A DNA stretch of 45,182 bases from Candidatus Hodarchaeaceae archaeon (GTDB lineage Archaea; Hadarchaeota; Hadarchaeia; Hadarchaeales; Hadarchaeaceae): the NCBI GenBank assembly GCA_030016755.1, contig JASEJC010000002.1:1-45182 (forward strand), given 5' to 3'. Every line of letters starts with the position of its first letter. The stretch's first letter is position 1. A model generated the notes under the pieces. That model was given only the letters and a program-made list of their open reading frames with translations. It did no database searches and was not told where the DNA came from. Below are positions 34,695-43,794 of the stretch, in pieces. A program made the position numbers and the translations under genes.

Positions 34695-35858
34695 ATGGAA
34701 AAAATCGATTACAAACCAAGGAGCGTGCGGGAACTCCTGACCGAGATGAAAAACACATCAGATTTAATGGTTGACCTAGCCTACACCACGGTCCTCTTTG
34801 AAAGCAAGGAGCTCGCCGATATTGTGCATAGACTCGAGGCTCGGATGGACGAGCTGATGTACACCATCAGGATAATGGCGGCGGTCGCAGCGAGAAATGT
34901 CAAGGAAGCCCGAAAAATAACCGGCATTTTGCAGGTAGCGAGCGCAGCTGAGGCGATTTCAAATGCGACCGGCGATATCGCAGACCTCGTCCGAAGGGGG
35001 ATGAGGATACACCCCGTGATACACAACGCCCTGCGCGCGGCAGACGAGAAGGTGGTCAAGGTCAAGGTCGCCAGTGGCTCGGTCTTGGCTGGTAAAAGAC
35101 TCCACGAACTCAGGCTACCATCTACTCTAGGGGTATGGGTACTCGCCATGAAGCGGAAAAAGGAGTGGACGGTCGCCCCAACAAGGGAGACCCAGCTGCT
35201 CGTTGGGGATGAGCTGGTCGCGAGGGGACCATGGCATGGTGTAAAAACGCTGGGGGAGATGGCGGGCACGCGCATCGATGCTTACACGCCGACCAAGGAA
35301 CTCGAGCCCATCTGCAACGAACTCGCGGAGATGCGCGACCTCAGCAGCGTGATGGTGGACCTCGCTTATTCATCCATCCTGCTTGGATCCCGCGAGGTTG
35401 CTGAAGAGGTGAGAGAGATTGAGGAGGATTTCGATAAGCTCAACTACAAGCTCTGGCTCGACACCCTCACCGTTGCCGCGAGGCTCGAGAGCGACGTGCA
35501 TAGGCTCAACAGCGTGCTGCAGATGGTGAAGTGCATGGAAAAGATATCCGATGCCGCGGACTCCATAGTTGATGTCGTGCTGCGGGGGGTTGAGCTGCAT
35601 CCGGTCTTCGCGAAAGCGCTGGGCGAAGCGGAGGAGAAGATAAGCAGGGTCGAGATCTCGAAGCGCTCGAAGATGGTGGGCAAAACACTTGGGGAGCTAA
35701 ACCTCTGGGCAACGATGGGGATCTACGTTTTGTTCATCAAGCGAGGAAGGCAATACATCATCGACCCAGGAAGGGATGTTAAAATCAGAGCTGGCGATTT
35801 AGCGATGGTGCGCGGTTCCTTCTATGGTGTTGAAAAATTCAAAAAAGAGGCTGGTTAG
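34695..35858 (+). CDS. cytoplasmic regulator with a duplicated PhoU-like plus TrkA-C (RCK-C) architecture
   Basis: Two repeats of a helical module (SDLMVDLAYTTVLFES and SSVMVDLAYSSILLGS), each followed by a TrkA-C-like beta domain (GKRLHELRLP...VGDELVARG and GKTLGELNLW...AGDLAMVRG). Confidence 0.7.
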   Translation: MEKIDYKPRSVRELLTEMKNTSDLMVDLAYTTVLFESKELADIVHRLEARMDELMYTIRIMAAVAARNVKEARKITGILQVASAAEAISNATGDIADLVRRGMRIHPVIHNALRAADEKVVKVKVASGSVLAGKRLHELRLPSTLGVWVLAMKRKKEWTVAPTRETQLLVGDELVARGPWHGVKTLGEMAGTRIDAYTPTKELEPICNELAEMRDLSSVMVDLAYSSILLGSREVAEEVREIEEDFDKLNYKLWLDTLTVAARLESDVHRLNSVLQMVKCMEKISDAADSIVDVVLRGVELHPVFAKALGEAEEKISRVEISKRSKMVGKTLGELNLWATMGIYVLFIKRGRQYIIDPGRDVKIRAGDLAMVRGSFYGVEKFKKEAG

Positions 35859-35880
35859 GCGTGAGCTTTGGGTGATGCTG

Positions 35881-36168
35881 ATGAAAATTGTGTGGTGCAA
35901 GGAGCTTGAGGATGTGGTAAACATCGCGCGAAACCAAGGGTGGCTATTCTACAGCAACCTCGGAGGCAAGCACTACTTTTACGTCTATGCCGGGACTGAA
36001 GCGGAACTCCTATGCATCGCGGTCGAGGGGAAAGAGCCTCTGAAAGCAAAGTATGTTTCAATCGACGATGACGGCAACCTCAAGACCTCGAACAAACCGA
36101 TCATGCCGACGTGCGCGAAGATCATGAACGTGGTCAAGGACGAGGGTTTCGAGGGGCTCCTGAAATAA
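35881..36168 (+). CDS. hypothetical protein, 95 aa
   Basis: ATG preceded by GGTGA. MKIVWCKELEDVVNIARNQGWLFYSNLGGKHYFYVYAG... No family recognised. Confidence 0.4.
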   Translation: MKIVWCKELEDVVNIARNQGWLFYSNLGGKHYFYVYAGTEAELLCIAVEGKEPLKAKYVSIDDDGNLKTSNKPIMPTCAKIMNVVKDEGFEGLLK

Positions 36169-36171
36169 GGC

Positions 36172-36717
36172 CTATTTTTCCAGCGCCAGAAGGGCCACTC
36201 GCTCTAGCACGAGTTTTTGAATTGGCGCGATCTTCAGCTCATCTTTTGATATCGAAAACGCCTCAGAGATCTCCGAAACTTTCTGGGGTACCAGCTCAAG
36301 CACGTCATCCTTCCGCTCGATTTCCAGCCTGCGGGTAATGTCGACCATCGTGCGCTTTACCTGCATTCGTGTGGCCCCCAACGTTAAAATTGCTAGATTT
36401 TTGTCACCTCTACACAAGCCGACCTTTTCAAATGCACGTGAAATCTGTCGCTCCGCGGCTGCCCAGCAGACGAGCTCGACATTCAGCGAATCGGCGAAAT
36501 TTCTTCCTGTAGAATGGGCGATTAGGGCGAGACGGGCGGCGTGCACCAAGTGCTCCTTACCCGCTATCCGTGAAGCGTTGAAAAGTTGGCTGGTAGTCCG
36601 GTTTTTTCTATCCACGTTTGTAAGCTCCCTTAAGTACCCATCGATACCAGTCACGCTGGCCCTCCCTCCAGCAATATCCACCACGCGCTTGCCAAACGGC
36701 CCCCTCAGCTCAAACAT
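36172..36717 (-). CDS. cgi121: KEOPS complex subunit Cgi121
   Basis: QLFNASRIAGKEHLVHAARLAL...ELVCWAAAERQISRAFEKVG and the C-terminal KLVLERVALLALEK parallel archaeal Cgi121. The start is uncertain: ATG at 36717 chosen, with upstream alternatives to 36786 that overlap the divergent gene. Confidence 0.6.
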   Translation of the reverse strand: MFELRGPFGKRVVDIAGGRASVTGIDGYLRELTNVDRKNRTTSQLFNASRIAGKEHLVHAARLALIAHSTGRNFADSLNVELVCWAAAERQISRAFEKVGLCRGDKNLAILTLGATRMQVKRTMVDITRRLEIERKDDVLELVPQKVSEISEAFSISKDELKIAPIQKLVLERVALLALEK

Positions 36718-36770
36718 GCCAGACACCAAGAAGGTCTTTAAGGATTTGCCCCAAATACTCATTGGTAACG

Positions 36771-37502
36771 ATGCGCTCAACTGCATATAAACTCAAAATT
36801 GAGGACCTCGTGCGGGGGGAGTACATCCGATCCCCTGAGGGGACCGAGCCCAGCTATCTCCTCACCCCGTGGGGACAGCATGTGACTCGTGCCCGGGTGA
36901 TGGGTACTGTAATCGACAAGTTCATACGAGAGGATCAAGGTTATGCTGCTCTCCGCATCGATGATGGGAGCGAGACGATAAGCCTTCGAGCGTGGCGCGA
37001 GGGGGTGCCAGAACTCGACCGCTTCAGCGTGGGCGACTTGGTCGACGTCGTGGGCAGGGTAAGGGAGTTCGAAGGAGAGATTTACTTGGTTCCAGAACTC
37101 CTCCTGCGGGTAGAGGATCCTAACTGGGAACTGGTCAGGGAACTTGATATCATCGACTTAAAGAGGGAGGCGTTATCGAGAGGGGTGCAGCCGCGGCACA
37201 TACATGCGGAAAAGCCGGAGCCGAGCAAGTTGAAGCTAGAGTTACCTCAGCACGCAGAAACCGCTGAGCCTGCCCCTGAGGAAGCCGTGGAGGAGCCTCC
37301 GCTACCAGAGGTCCCGGACGAAATAAAGAAGCGAGTGATATTAGCGATTGAAAAACTTGACAAGGGCAAGGGGGTCACGCCTGCTGAAACAGCAATTGAA
37401 CTGAACCTGCCGCAGGCACAAGTGGAAGATGCCCTCCGCGTCATTTTCGTCGAGGGCGATGTCTTTGAGCCCACGGCTGGGAGGTTCAAGTTAGCGAGGT
37501 GA
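36771..37502 (+). CDS. OB-fold nucleic-acid-binding protein with an acidic linker and C-terminal winged-helix-like domain (RPA32/Stn1-like architecture)
   Basis: VTRARVMGTVIDKFIREDQGYAALRIDDGSETISLRAW...DLVDVVGRVREFEGEIYLVPE is a tRNA_anti-type OB fold. The C-terminal KKRVILAIEKLDKGKGVTPAETAIELNL resembles a winged helix. Confidence 0.5.
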   Translation: MRSTAYKLKIEDLVRGEYIRSPEGTEPSYLLTPWGQHVTRARVMGTVIDKFIREDQGYAALRIDDGSETISLRAWREGVPELDRFSVGDLVDVVGRVREFEGEIYLVPELLLRVEDPNWELVRELDIIDLKREALSRGVQPRHIHAEKPEPSKLKLELPQHAETAEPAPEEAVEEPPLPEVPDEIKKRVILAIEKLDKGKGVTPAETAIELNLPQAQVEDALRVIFVEGDVFEPTAGRFKLAR

Positions 37503-37506
37503 TCCA

Positions 37507-37917
37507 ATGGGTGAGAGCTACGAGCAACTGCTTGACCGCGCTCTGGAGCAGGTGCCTAAAGCCGTCTTCGAGAGCGCCCGCTTCCAGATCCCAGATGCAG
37601 ATGTGGTGACGGCGGGTAACCGCACGGTTTTCCGAAACTTCCGAGCTGTCGCCACCTCCCTGAACCGCGAGCCGGACCACCTCGCGAAGTACCTCCTCAG
37701 GGAGCTTGGCGCAGCTGGGGAAGTCAAGGGCGCACAGGCAATATTTCAAGGGAAGTTCTCGAATGCCACGATCGACGAGCGCATCAAGCGCTATGCTGAG
37801 GAGTTCGTGCTCTGTCGCGAGTGCGGCAAGCCCGACACCAAACTTGAACGCCGCGAGCGCGTATACATACTGCGATGCGAGGCCTGTGGGGCCCGCGCTT
37901 CGGTGAGGAGCGTCTGA
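37507..37917 (+). CDS. eif2b: translation initiation factor 2 subunit beta (aIF2-beta)
   Basis: YEQLLDRALEQVP, EPDHLAKYLLRELG and the zinc ribbon CRECGKPDT...CEACGA. Confidence 0.9.
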   Translation: MGESYEQLLDRALEQVPKAVFESARFQIPDADVVTAGNRTVFRNFRAVATSLNREPDHLAKYLLRELGAAGEVKGAQAIFQGKFSNATIDERIKRYAEEFVLCRECGKPDTKLERRERVYILRCEACGARASVRSV

Positions 37918-37919
37918 AT

Positions 37920-38210
37920 TTGCCTCTTTTGAAAACAATTCGCACACAAGGGGAGGTATTGGTAATAATCTGCGACGCGGAGCTCCTGGGGAAGAAGTTC
38001 AAGCAGGGAAAGTTCAAACTCGAGATCAAGAAATCTTTTTACGGTGGAGAGGAGGCGAGCGTGGAGGAGTGTATCGCTGCCCTGCGAGGCGCGACCATCG
38101 CAAACCTCGTGGGCTCAATCGTCGAGCACGCTGTGAAAGCCGGGATAATCGAACGGAAAAACGTCCTACATTTTCAAAAAGTGCAGCACGCGCAACTCGT
38201 CAGGATTTGA
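37920..38210 (+). CDS. DUF424 family protein
   Basis: GEVLVIICDAELLGKKF and the conserved position after aIF2-beta. The start is ambiguous (TTG at 37920 or 37929). Confidence 0.55.
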   Translation: MPLLKTIRTQGEVLVIICDAELLGKKFKQGKFKLEIKKSFYGGEEASVEECIAALRGATIANLVGSIVEHAVKAGIIERKNVLHFQKVQHAQLVRI

Positions 38211-38298
38211 ACTCTGCGCTCAATATCCTTATCATTTCCCGGTAAACTTCCACACTCAAGTAAAAACCTTGATCCATCAAAGCGTCGACAAGTGTAAA

Positions 38299-39087
38299 CT
38301 AATAAACAATGACGCTCCGCACACTTGGTATCTTGCGAAGTGCATCGATCACGGTTCCCCGCACGGGCTCGTCTGTGATGAGGGTGAGCTTTGGTTGCGG
38401 CACGAAGTAAGGGTCATCGGCCACAGCTTGGCGGATGCTGATGCCGAACTTCGATATTACGCTAGTGACCTCTTTTATGATGCCGGGTTTTGCCGCGTCC
38501 TCGGGCAATATCTCAATCACCCCCAACCCGAGCTGCTGCGCCACCCCCTTCAAATATGCCAGTGGTTCGAGGTTCCCGAAAATCCCGTAAAGCTCCCTAT
38601 TTTTCAGAATTCTCTGGGCAGTGGCGTCTATCACTCGCCGGTCCACCCCTGCCTCCTTGGCGATTTGAACGGCCGGGATTCGGATGTCGCCGCACGCAAT
38701 CTCACCATCCTCCCTTACCCGCAACCCATACTTGAATAAGATTCGTGCGACGCTCAGCTGGGCGGGGTATTCCTCGAAAGCCTTCTGAATCCTCGACCAC
38801 ATCCCGACGGCGCCCAGGCGCTCGCGCTCCTCCCCAGTCATCTGTGCCATCACTAGCCGCCACACATCTTCCGCAAACGTCGGGTCCATCTTGAGCTCTC
38901 GCGCACGTTTCCGCACGCGGTCGATAATTGCCCGCTCCCTGGCCTCGTCCCTTACCCCGAGCTTGAGTTTTCGTTTGAGCGATGCTAGCTCATCGGCTAG
39001 CTTCAGGCGCTGGGCGAGGAGGGAAATGAGTTGCTCGTCGATTTTGTCTATTTCCTGTCTAAGCCCCTGTAACTTTTTGTCGCTCAT
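38299..39087 (-). CDS. chorismate mutase (AroQ class) fused to an ACT-containing regulator domain (COG2150-like)
   Basis: The N-terminal part LQGLRQEIDKIDEQLISLLAQRLKLADELASLKRK...RDEARERAIIDRV is AroQ chorismate mutase. The C-terminal part ARILFKYGLRVREDGEIACGDIRIP...GISIRQAVADDPYFVPQPKLTLITDEP matches the archaeal ACT regulator family. The ATG at 39085-39087 overlaps the shikimate kinase stop (ATGA). Confidence 0.75.
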   Translation of the reverse strand: MSDKKLQGLRQEIDKIDEQLISLLAQRLKLADELASLKRKLKLGVRDEARERAIIDRVRKRARELKMDPTFAEDVWRLVMAQMTGEERERLGAVGMWSRIQKAFEEYPAQLSVARILFKYGLRVREDGEIACGDIRIPAVQIAKEAGVDRRVIDATAQRILKNRELYGIFGNLEPLAYLKGVAQQLGLGVIEILPEDAAKPGIIKEVTSVISKFGISIRQAVADDPYFVPQPKLTLITDEPVRGTVIDALRKIPSVRSVIVY

Positions 39088-39968
39088 GGGCGCTCCACCT
39101 GCGCACCTTTTACTGTGGGCTTGGTAACTATAACCTTTCCCGGCCGCGCCCGCCACGCCCGTTCTATCGCGTTCGCCGCGGCTGGTTTGGCTATGGCCAC
39201 CGTCGCCGGCCCAGTTCCGGTGAGGCCAGCCGCCAGCGCTCCCCTTGCCATCGCCTCTAGGGCGGGTAGTGGGTCTTGACCCAGCGCGCTCGAGTAAAGC
39301 AGCCCGTTGAACGTCAGCGCGCCCCAGACCTCCCCGCGGAGGGCCATGCAGTGTGCGAGCTCAACCCCAGCCCTTATCGGCCTAAGCCGCGCCCGATTTA
39401 TCTTCGACGTGTACGACCTGCTTGGGGGCACATAGATCACCACCTTCAACTTGGGGTCAACTTTAAATCGCCTAAGAACGCGCCGCTTGAGATTGTCTGT
39501 TACCACGCCGCAGCCGTAGAGTGAGGCCGCTGCGTCGTCGAGGGCCCCGGTTATGGTGACGCCAGCCTCGAACGCCGCATCTATCCCCAAGTCCAGCACG
39601 AGCTTTGGCCGTGGCTTCCTGCCGAGCGCCGCAAATGTCGCTAGGACCGCCGCGTTTGCCGCTGCGCTGCTGCTCGACAGCCCTACCGCAATTGGAACCT
39701 CTGACTTCGTCTCCACCCGTGCGTCATAGGTTCGATCCAGTCCAAAGTGTTTCAAAACTTTTTGCACGCAGATCTCAATCAACTTTGGGCTCTCCATCCG
39801 CTCGCCCACCACCCGCCCGGTTATTTTCCCGAATCCCTCTACGAGTTCGACCTTAGCCTGGACCTTGAGCTTTACCCCAAAAGCTGCGCCTTTCCCAGCG
39901 GCGATAGCGTTGACCACCGTGGCCGAACCCCAAGCGGAGGCGACCCCCACTCGCTTGTCCAACTTCAC
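39084..39968 (-). CDS. shikimate kinase, archaeal GHMP-kinase type
   Basis: ASAWGSATVVNAIAAGKGAAFGV and the GHMP motif PIAVGLSSSSAAANAAVLA, within an aromatic amino-acid cluster. Confidence 0.85.
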   Translation of the reverse strand: MKLDKRVGVASAWGSATVVNAIAAGKGAAFGVKLKVQAKVELVEGFGKITGRVVGERMESPKLIEICVQKVLKHFGLDRTYDARVETKSEVPIAVGLSSSSAAANAAVLATFAALGRKPRPKLVLDLGIDAAFEAGVTITGALDDAAASLYGCGVVTDNLKRRVLRRFKVDPKLKVVIYVPPSRSYTSKINRARLRPIRAGVELAHCMALRGEVWGALTFNGLLYSSALGQDPLPALEAMARGALAAGLTGTGPATVAIAKPAAANAIERAWRARPGKVIVTKPTVKGAQVERP

Positions 39969-39975
39969 ACCTCAA

Positions 39976-41073
39976 TCACTTGAATCGATTTGGGTCGATC
40001 TTTCCAGCCCTAAGCATGTGATCGGCTAGGACAAGCGCAAGCATTGCCTCAGCGACGGGAACTATCCGCGGGCAGATGTTGGGGTCGAATCGCCCCTTGA
40101 GTTGGATTTCGGTTTCCTTCATGCGGGCCAAGTCGACTGTCCGCTGCGGCTTGGTGATCGATGGGGTGGGTTTGACAGCAATTCGAGCCACAATTGGCAT
40201 GCCTGTACTTATCCCGCCCAAAATTCCTCCAGCCTTGTTCGTCTCCGTGACCACCTTGCCCCCACGCAGCACGATCGGGTCGTTAGCCTCCGACCCCCGC
40301 ATCCGGGCAAACTTGCAGCCGGCCCCAATCAGGACGGCCTTGACTGAACCTATTGACATCAAGGCATGCGCGACTTCCGCGTCGAGCTTGTCGAACACCG
40401 GGTCCCCAAGGCCTGCCGGGACCCCTAGTGCTCGGACCTCGACCACCCCCCCTGTGCTGTCGCCGTCTGCCGCCGCCTCGAGGACGGCATCCTTCATCCG
40501 CCCAGCGACTTTCAGGTCGGCGCATCGCATCGGGTTTCGCTCCACATTTTTTCTGATTTCTGCGGGCGATAGCTCCCGCTCGACCGCTATCCCGGCCGCC
40601 TCGACTGTGTGGCCGAGGATTTCGACGCCGTGGGCAGCCAGCAACTTCTTCGCTATTGCTCCGGCCGCGACCCGCCCGACTGTCTCGCGCGCCGCTGCCC
40701 GCCCCCCGCCGCGGTAGTCTACATGCCCGAACTTGAGCCAGTACGCAAAGTCAGCGTGGCCTGGGCGGGGTTTGGTCTTGATCGCCTCATAGGGTGCCGA
40801 GTCGACATCCACGTTGCGCACGAGCATAGAGATTGGCGTGCCGAGGGTCTTGCCCTGGAAAACCCCCGACAAAATCTCGACTCTATCACGTTCCTTACGA
40901 GGAGTAGTGAGGATTGATTGTCCTGGGCGCCTGCGGTCTAGCTCACGCTGGATATCGGCCTCGCTCAGCGGCATGCCTGCGGGGACGCCATCGACGACTA
41001 CCCCGATTGAATTGCCGTGACTTTCTCCCCAGGTCGTGACTCTCAGTATTTTTCCGAAAGTATTTCCACCCAT
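39976..41073 (-). CDS. aroC: chorismate synthase
   Basis: [34 protein letters not shown] and GGISTGMPI motifs. Confidence 0.95.
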   Translation of the reverse strand: MGGNTFGKILRVTTWGESHGNSIGVVVDGVPAGMPLSEADIQRELDRRRPGQSILTTPRKERDRVEILSGVFQGKTLGTPISMLVRNVDVDSAPYEAIKTKPRPGHADFAYWLKFGHVDYRGGGRAAARETVGRVAAGAIAKKLLAAHGVEILGHTVEAAGIAVERELSPAEIRKNVERNPMRCADLKVAGRMKDAVLEAAADGDSTGGVVEVRALGVPAGLGDPVFDKLDAEVAHALMSIGSVKAVLIGAGCKFARMRGSEANDPIVLRGGKVVTETNKAGGILGGISTGMPIVARIAVKPTPSITKPQRTVDLARMKETEIQLKGRFDPNICPRIVPVAEAMLALVLADHMLRAGKIDPNRFK

Positions 41074-41250
41074 TTGAGCACCGCTTTGAAAACTCGCCGC
41101 TTACTCTATAAATCCTTGCGCTGGAGCGGCATGGTCGTGTCATTGGAAGTGATGCATGTGTGTCACGCTCAACCACTTGGAGAAAATCCAGCGCGTTGTT
41201 CCTTTATAAATAACCCCCACCCAAAGCCTCGGCGGGAAAGATGATATCCA

Positions 41251-41487
41251 ATGAAGTCAGAAAACGCCAAGTTCATAGACCGGAGGCTTGAGCAGGAATT
41301 TTACGGGCTTAAAAAAAGAAACCCGTTACTTTACGAGTGGCTGGAGAGACCTATCAGAAGATTATTAGAAAATCCATTTATAGGCATACCCATTCCTAAG
41401 AAAAAATTCCGAAAGATCTTCCCTTTCATTTTTGTCTCACGATTTGGAGTTCTTTGTCCTACGAAGTATGCCTCCAGCGATACATGA
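41251..41487 (+). CDS. hypothetical small protein, possibly a degraded RelE/ParE-like toxin remnant, in an AT-rich island
   Basis: LKKRNPLLYEWLERPIRRLLENPFIGIPI resembles the helix plus ENPxxG segment of RelE/ParE toxins. By eye the local GC looks well below the window average. A different frame continues LSYEV, which suggests a frameshift. Confidence 0.3.
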   Translation: MKSENAKFIDRRLEQEFYGLKKRNPLLYEWLERPIRRLLENPFIGIPIPKKKFRKIFPFIFVSRFGVLCPTKYASSDT

Positions 41488-41492
41488 GCACA

Positions 41493-42782
41493 TTATTCAA
41501 CGAGTTCCATCTTCGCCCCGAGCTTCCGCATGTCCTTGACGAACCCCGGGTAGGAAACTGGGATGCTCTCGGCCCCGTCGACAATCGTCTTCCCCCGTGC
41601 AGCAAGACCAGCCACGGCAAAAGCCATCGCCATCCTGTGGTCGCCGTATGAGCTTAGCCTCGCCCCCCTCAGCTGCCCCACGCCCTCCAGCCTCAGCTCG
41701 TCCGGCAGCTCCTCCACCTCCGCCCCGAGCTTCCTGAGCTCGGTCGCTAGTGCCCGGAGGCGGTCGGTCTCCTTGAATCTCAGGTGCGGGATGTTCGTGA
41801 GCCTCGTCCGCCCATCCGCGACCGACCCCAGAACCGCGAGCACGGGGACCAGATCCGGGTTGTTGCCGCAGTCCGCCTCGATGCCTGAAAGCTCCCCGTT
41901 GCCCGAGACCTCAACAGTTTTTCCTTTAACCCTCACCTCCGCGCCGAACTCGTCTAGAAGGTCCACTATCCGACGGTCGCCCTGAGCACCCCTGACATCG
42001 AGGTTGTTGACCCTGACTGTTGAACCCGTCAGTGCCGCGGCCCCTAGCACGAAAGCAGCAGACGAGAAATCGCCGGGAACCGTGAGCTCGAGCGGCTTGA
42101 AGACCTGCCCGCCAGGGATTTTGAACTCAGTCAGGCTCCTGTTTCGCCTGATCTTCACGCCAGCCGAGTCGAGCAGCTCGAGCGTGATTTCGACGTAGGG
42201 CTTCGAGCGCAGCTCCTCGGTTATCGTTAGCTTCACGTCCTCCAGCGCGTAGGGTGCAGCGAGTAGCAAAGCTGAGATGAACTGTGAGCTGACCGCGCCT
42301 GTTATCTCGACCTCACCTCCCCTCAGCCCCCCTCCGACAACCACGGGCGGCCTGCCATTTGCCCCCTCGCAGCGGGCCTTCGCCCCGAGCTTCTCGAGCG
42401 CCTCGACCAGCGGGCCCATCGGGCGCTTCAAAATTGATTCATCACCGGTCAGGTGCACGGGCTTGGGTGAGAGGGCTGCGATAGCGCTCATCATGCGAAT
42501 CGTTGTGCCAGAGTTTCGGGCATCAATCAGGTCTACACGGGGCTTGAGCCGCCCGCCCGTGCCGCGAACTCGCCAGACGTTGCCTTCTCTAGCAATCTCC
42601 GCACCAAGCGCTCGTGCCGCCTCAATTGTTGCCTCGGTGTCGAAGCCCAACAGCGGGTTGGTGATCTTGCTTTCACCCCGGGCCAGCGCCGCTATCATGA
42701 ATGCCCGGTGGGTGTAGGATTTGGAGGGGGGCGCCGTGACCTCTCCCGAGAGCTTTGAGGGCTTGACTTTCAGCTGCGCCAT
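41493..42782 (-). CDS. aroA: 3-phosphoshikimate 1-carboxyvinyltransferase (EPSP synthase)
   Basis: PPSKSYTHRA, NSGTTIRM, LKRPMGPL, GDHRMAMAF and YPGF motifs. Start taken at the ATG at 42780-42782. Confidence 0.95.
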   Translation of the reverse strand: MAQLKVKPSKLSGEVTAPPSKSYTHRAFMIAALARGESKITNPLLGFDTEATIEAARALGAEIAREGNVWRVRGTGGRLKPRVDLIDARNSGTTIRMMSAIAALSPKPVHLTGDESILKRPMGPLVEALEKLGAKARCEGANGRPPVVVGGGLRGGEVEITGAVSSQFISALLLAAPYALEDVKLTITEELRSKPYVEITLELLDSAGVKIRRNRSLTEFKIPGGQVFKPLELTVPGDFSSAAFVLGAAALTGSTVRVNNLDVRGAQGDRRIVDLLDEFGAEVRVKGKTVEVSGNGELSGIEADCGNNPDLVPVLAVLGSVADGRTRLTNIPHLRFKETDRLRALATELRKLGAEVEELPDELRLEGVGQLRGARLSSYGDHRMAMAFAVAGLAARGKTIVDGAESIPVSYPGFVKDMRKLGAKMELVE

Positions 42783-42993
42783 GGGGCTCCCGCTACACAA
42801 TCTCCGAAAGGTTTAATATAGAGTTTGACACGAGGTGGGCTAACATGGTGAAGGGTATGGTGAACCCAAGGAGTTGCGGCGGCGGTAATTGCCTTTATCG
42901 CTAGAGTAGCCATACCTAGACCCTCTGCAAATTCGCATCTTTTGGCACACTTTTTAATGTCCCTGTGGCATACTTCAAAGGGAGGTGGTGCGG

Positions 42994-43794
42994 TTGTCTG
43001 AGGTAGGAAAGCGCATCAGGCTCGAGCGGATTATCAACCGAAAGACGAGGCGAACTGTGATCGTCCCTATGGATCACGGTCTCTCGATGGGTCCGATTGC
43101 AGGCCTGGAGAACATGGCAGCAATCGTCGACAAGGTTGCCGATGGGGGGGCGAACGCGGTCGTCCTTCACAAGGGTATCGTGCGGGCCGGGCACCGCGGC
43201 TACGGGAAGGATATAGGGCTAATCATCCACCTGTCGGGGAGCACCTCGCTGGGGCCAGACCCAAACAGCAAGGTTCCAGTAGCGACGGTTGAGGAAGCGA
43301 TAACCCTCGGGGCGGACGCGGTCTCCGTGCACGTCAACCTGGGCGCAGCGAACGAGCCGGAGCAGCTGCAGAACCTGGGTGAGACGGCCGAGGCCTGCGC
43401 AGCTTGGGGGATGCCGCTGTTTGCGATGATGTACCCGCGAGGACCGAAGATAAAGACCCCCCACGACCCGGCGTTAGTTGGACACGCTGTTAGAGTAGGA
43501 GCAGAGCTTGGCGCGGACATCATCAAGACCGTGTATACCGGAGATGTCAAGTCCTTCCAAAAGATCGTACAGGGGTGCCCAGTGCCCATCGTGATTGCAG
43601 GTGGTCCAAAGATGGCGACGGATCGGGATGTGCTCAAGATGGCCTCCGAGGTTATGGAGGCTGGCGCGATAGGTGTTTCCATCGGGCGCAATGTCTTCCA
43701 GCACCGAAACCCGACCGCGATGACTCGTGCGTTGGCACAAATCGTACATGACGGCGCCCCTGTTGAAAAGGCAATGCGCGAACTTAAAAGGTGA
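42994..43794 (+). CDS. 2-amino-3,7-dideoxy-D-threo-hept-6-ulosonate (ADH) synthase, class I aldolase family
   Basis: [66 protein letters not shown] and IKTVYTGD closely parallel the Methanocaldococcus MJ0400-type enzyme. TTG start 6 nt after GGAGGTGG. Confidence 0.88.
   Translation: MSEVGKRIRLERIINRKTRRTVIVPMDHGLSMGPIAGLENMAAIVDKVADGGANAVVLHKGIVRAGHRGYGKDIGLIIHLSGSTSLGPDPNSKVPVATVEEAITLGADAVSVHVNLGAANEPEQLQNLGETAEACAAWGMPLFAMMYPRGPKIKTPHDPALVGHAVRVGAELGADIIKTVYTGDVKSFQKIVQGCPVPIVIAGGPKMATDRDVLKMASEVMEAGAIGVSIGRNVFQHRNPTAMTRALAQIVHDGAPVEKAMRELKR

Noticed and set aside
40076-40717. 213-aa plus-strand ORF, and many similar ORFs of 60-180 aa (for example 569..934, 14348..14809, 15399..15935, 33590..34102, 34781..35275, 42277..42717, 43200..43691, 44051..44461)
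   Set aside because: All lie antisense or out of frame inside strongly supported genes. They have Ala/Arg/Pro/Ser-rich composition consistent with GC-driven open frames.
42845-42904. 19-codon ORF (MVKGMVNPRSCGGGNCLYR) with a GAGGTGG ribosome-binding site in the aroA/ADH-synthase divergent spacer, considered as an attenuation leader peptide
   Set aside because: It has only one aromatic codon and no run of Trp, Phe or Tyr codons. I could find no alternative terminator/antiterminator hairpins. Attenuation of this type is not established in archaea.
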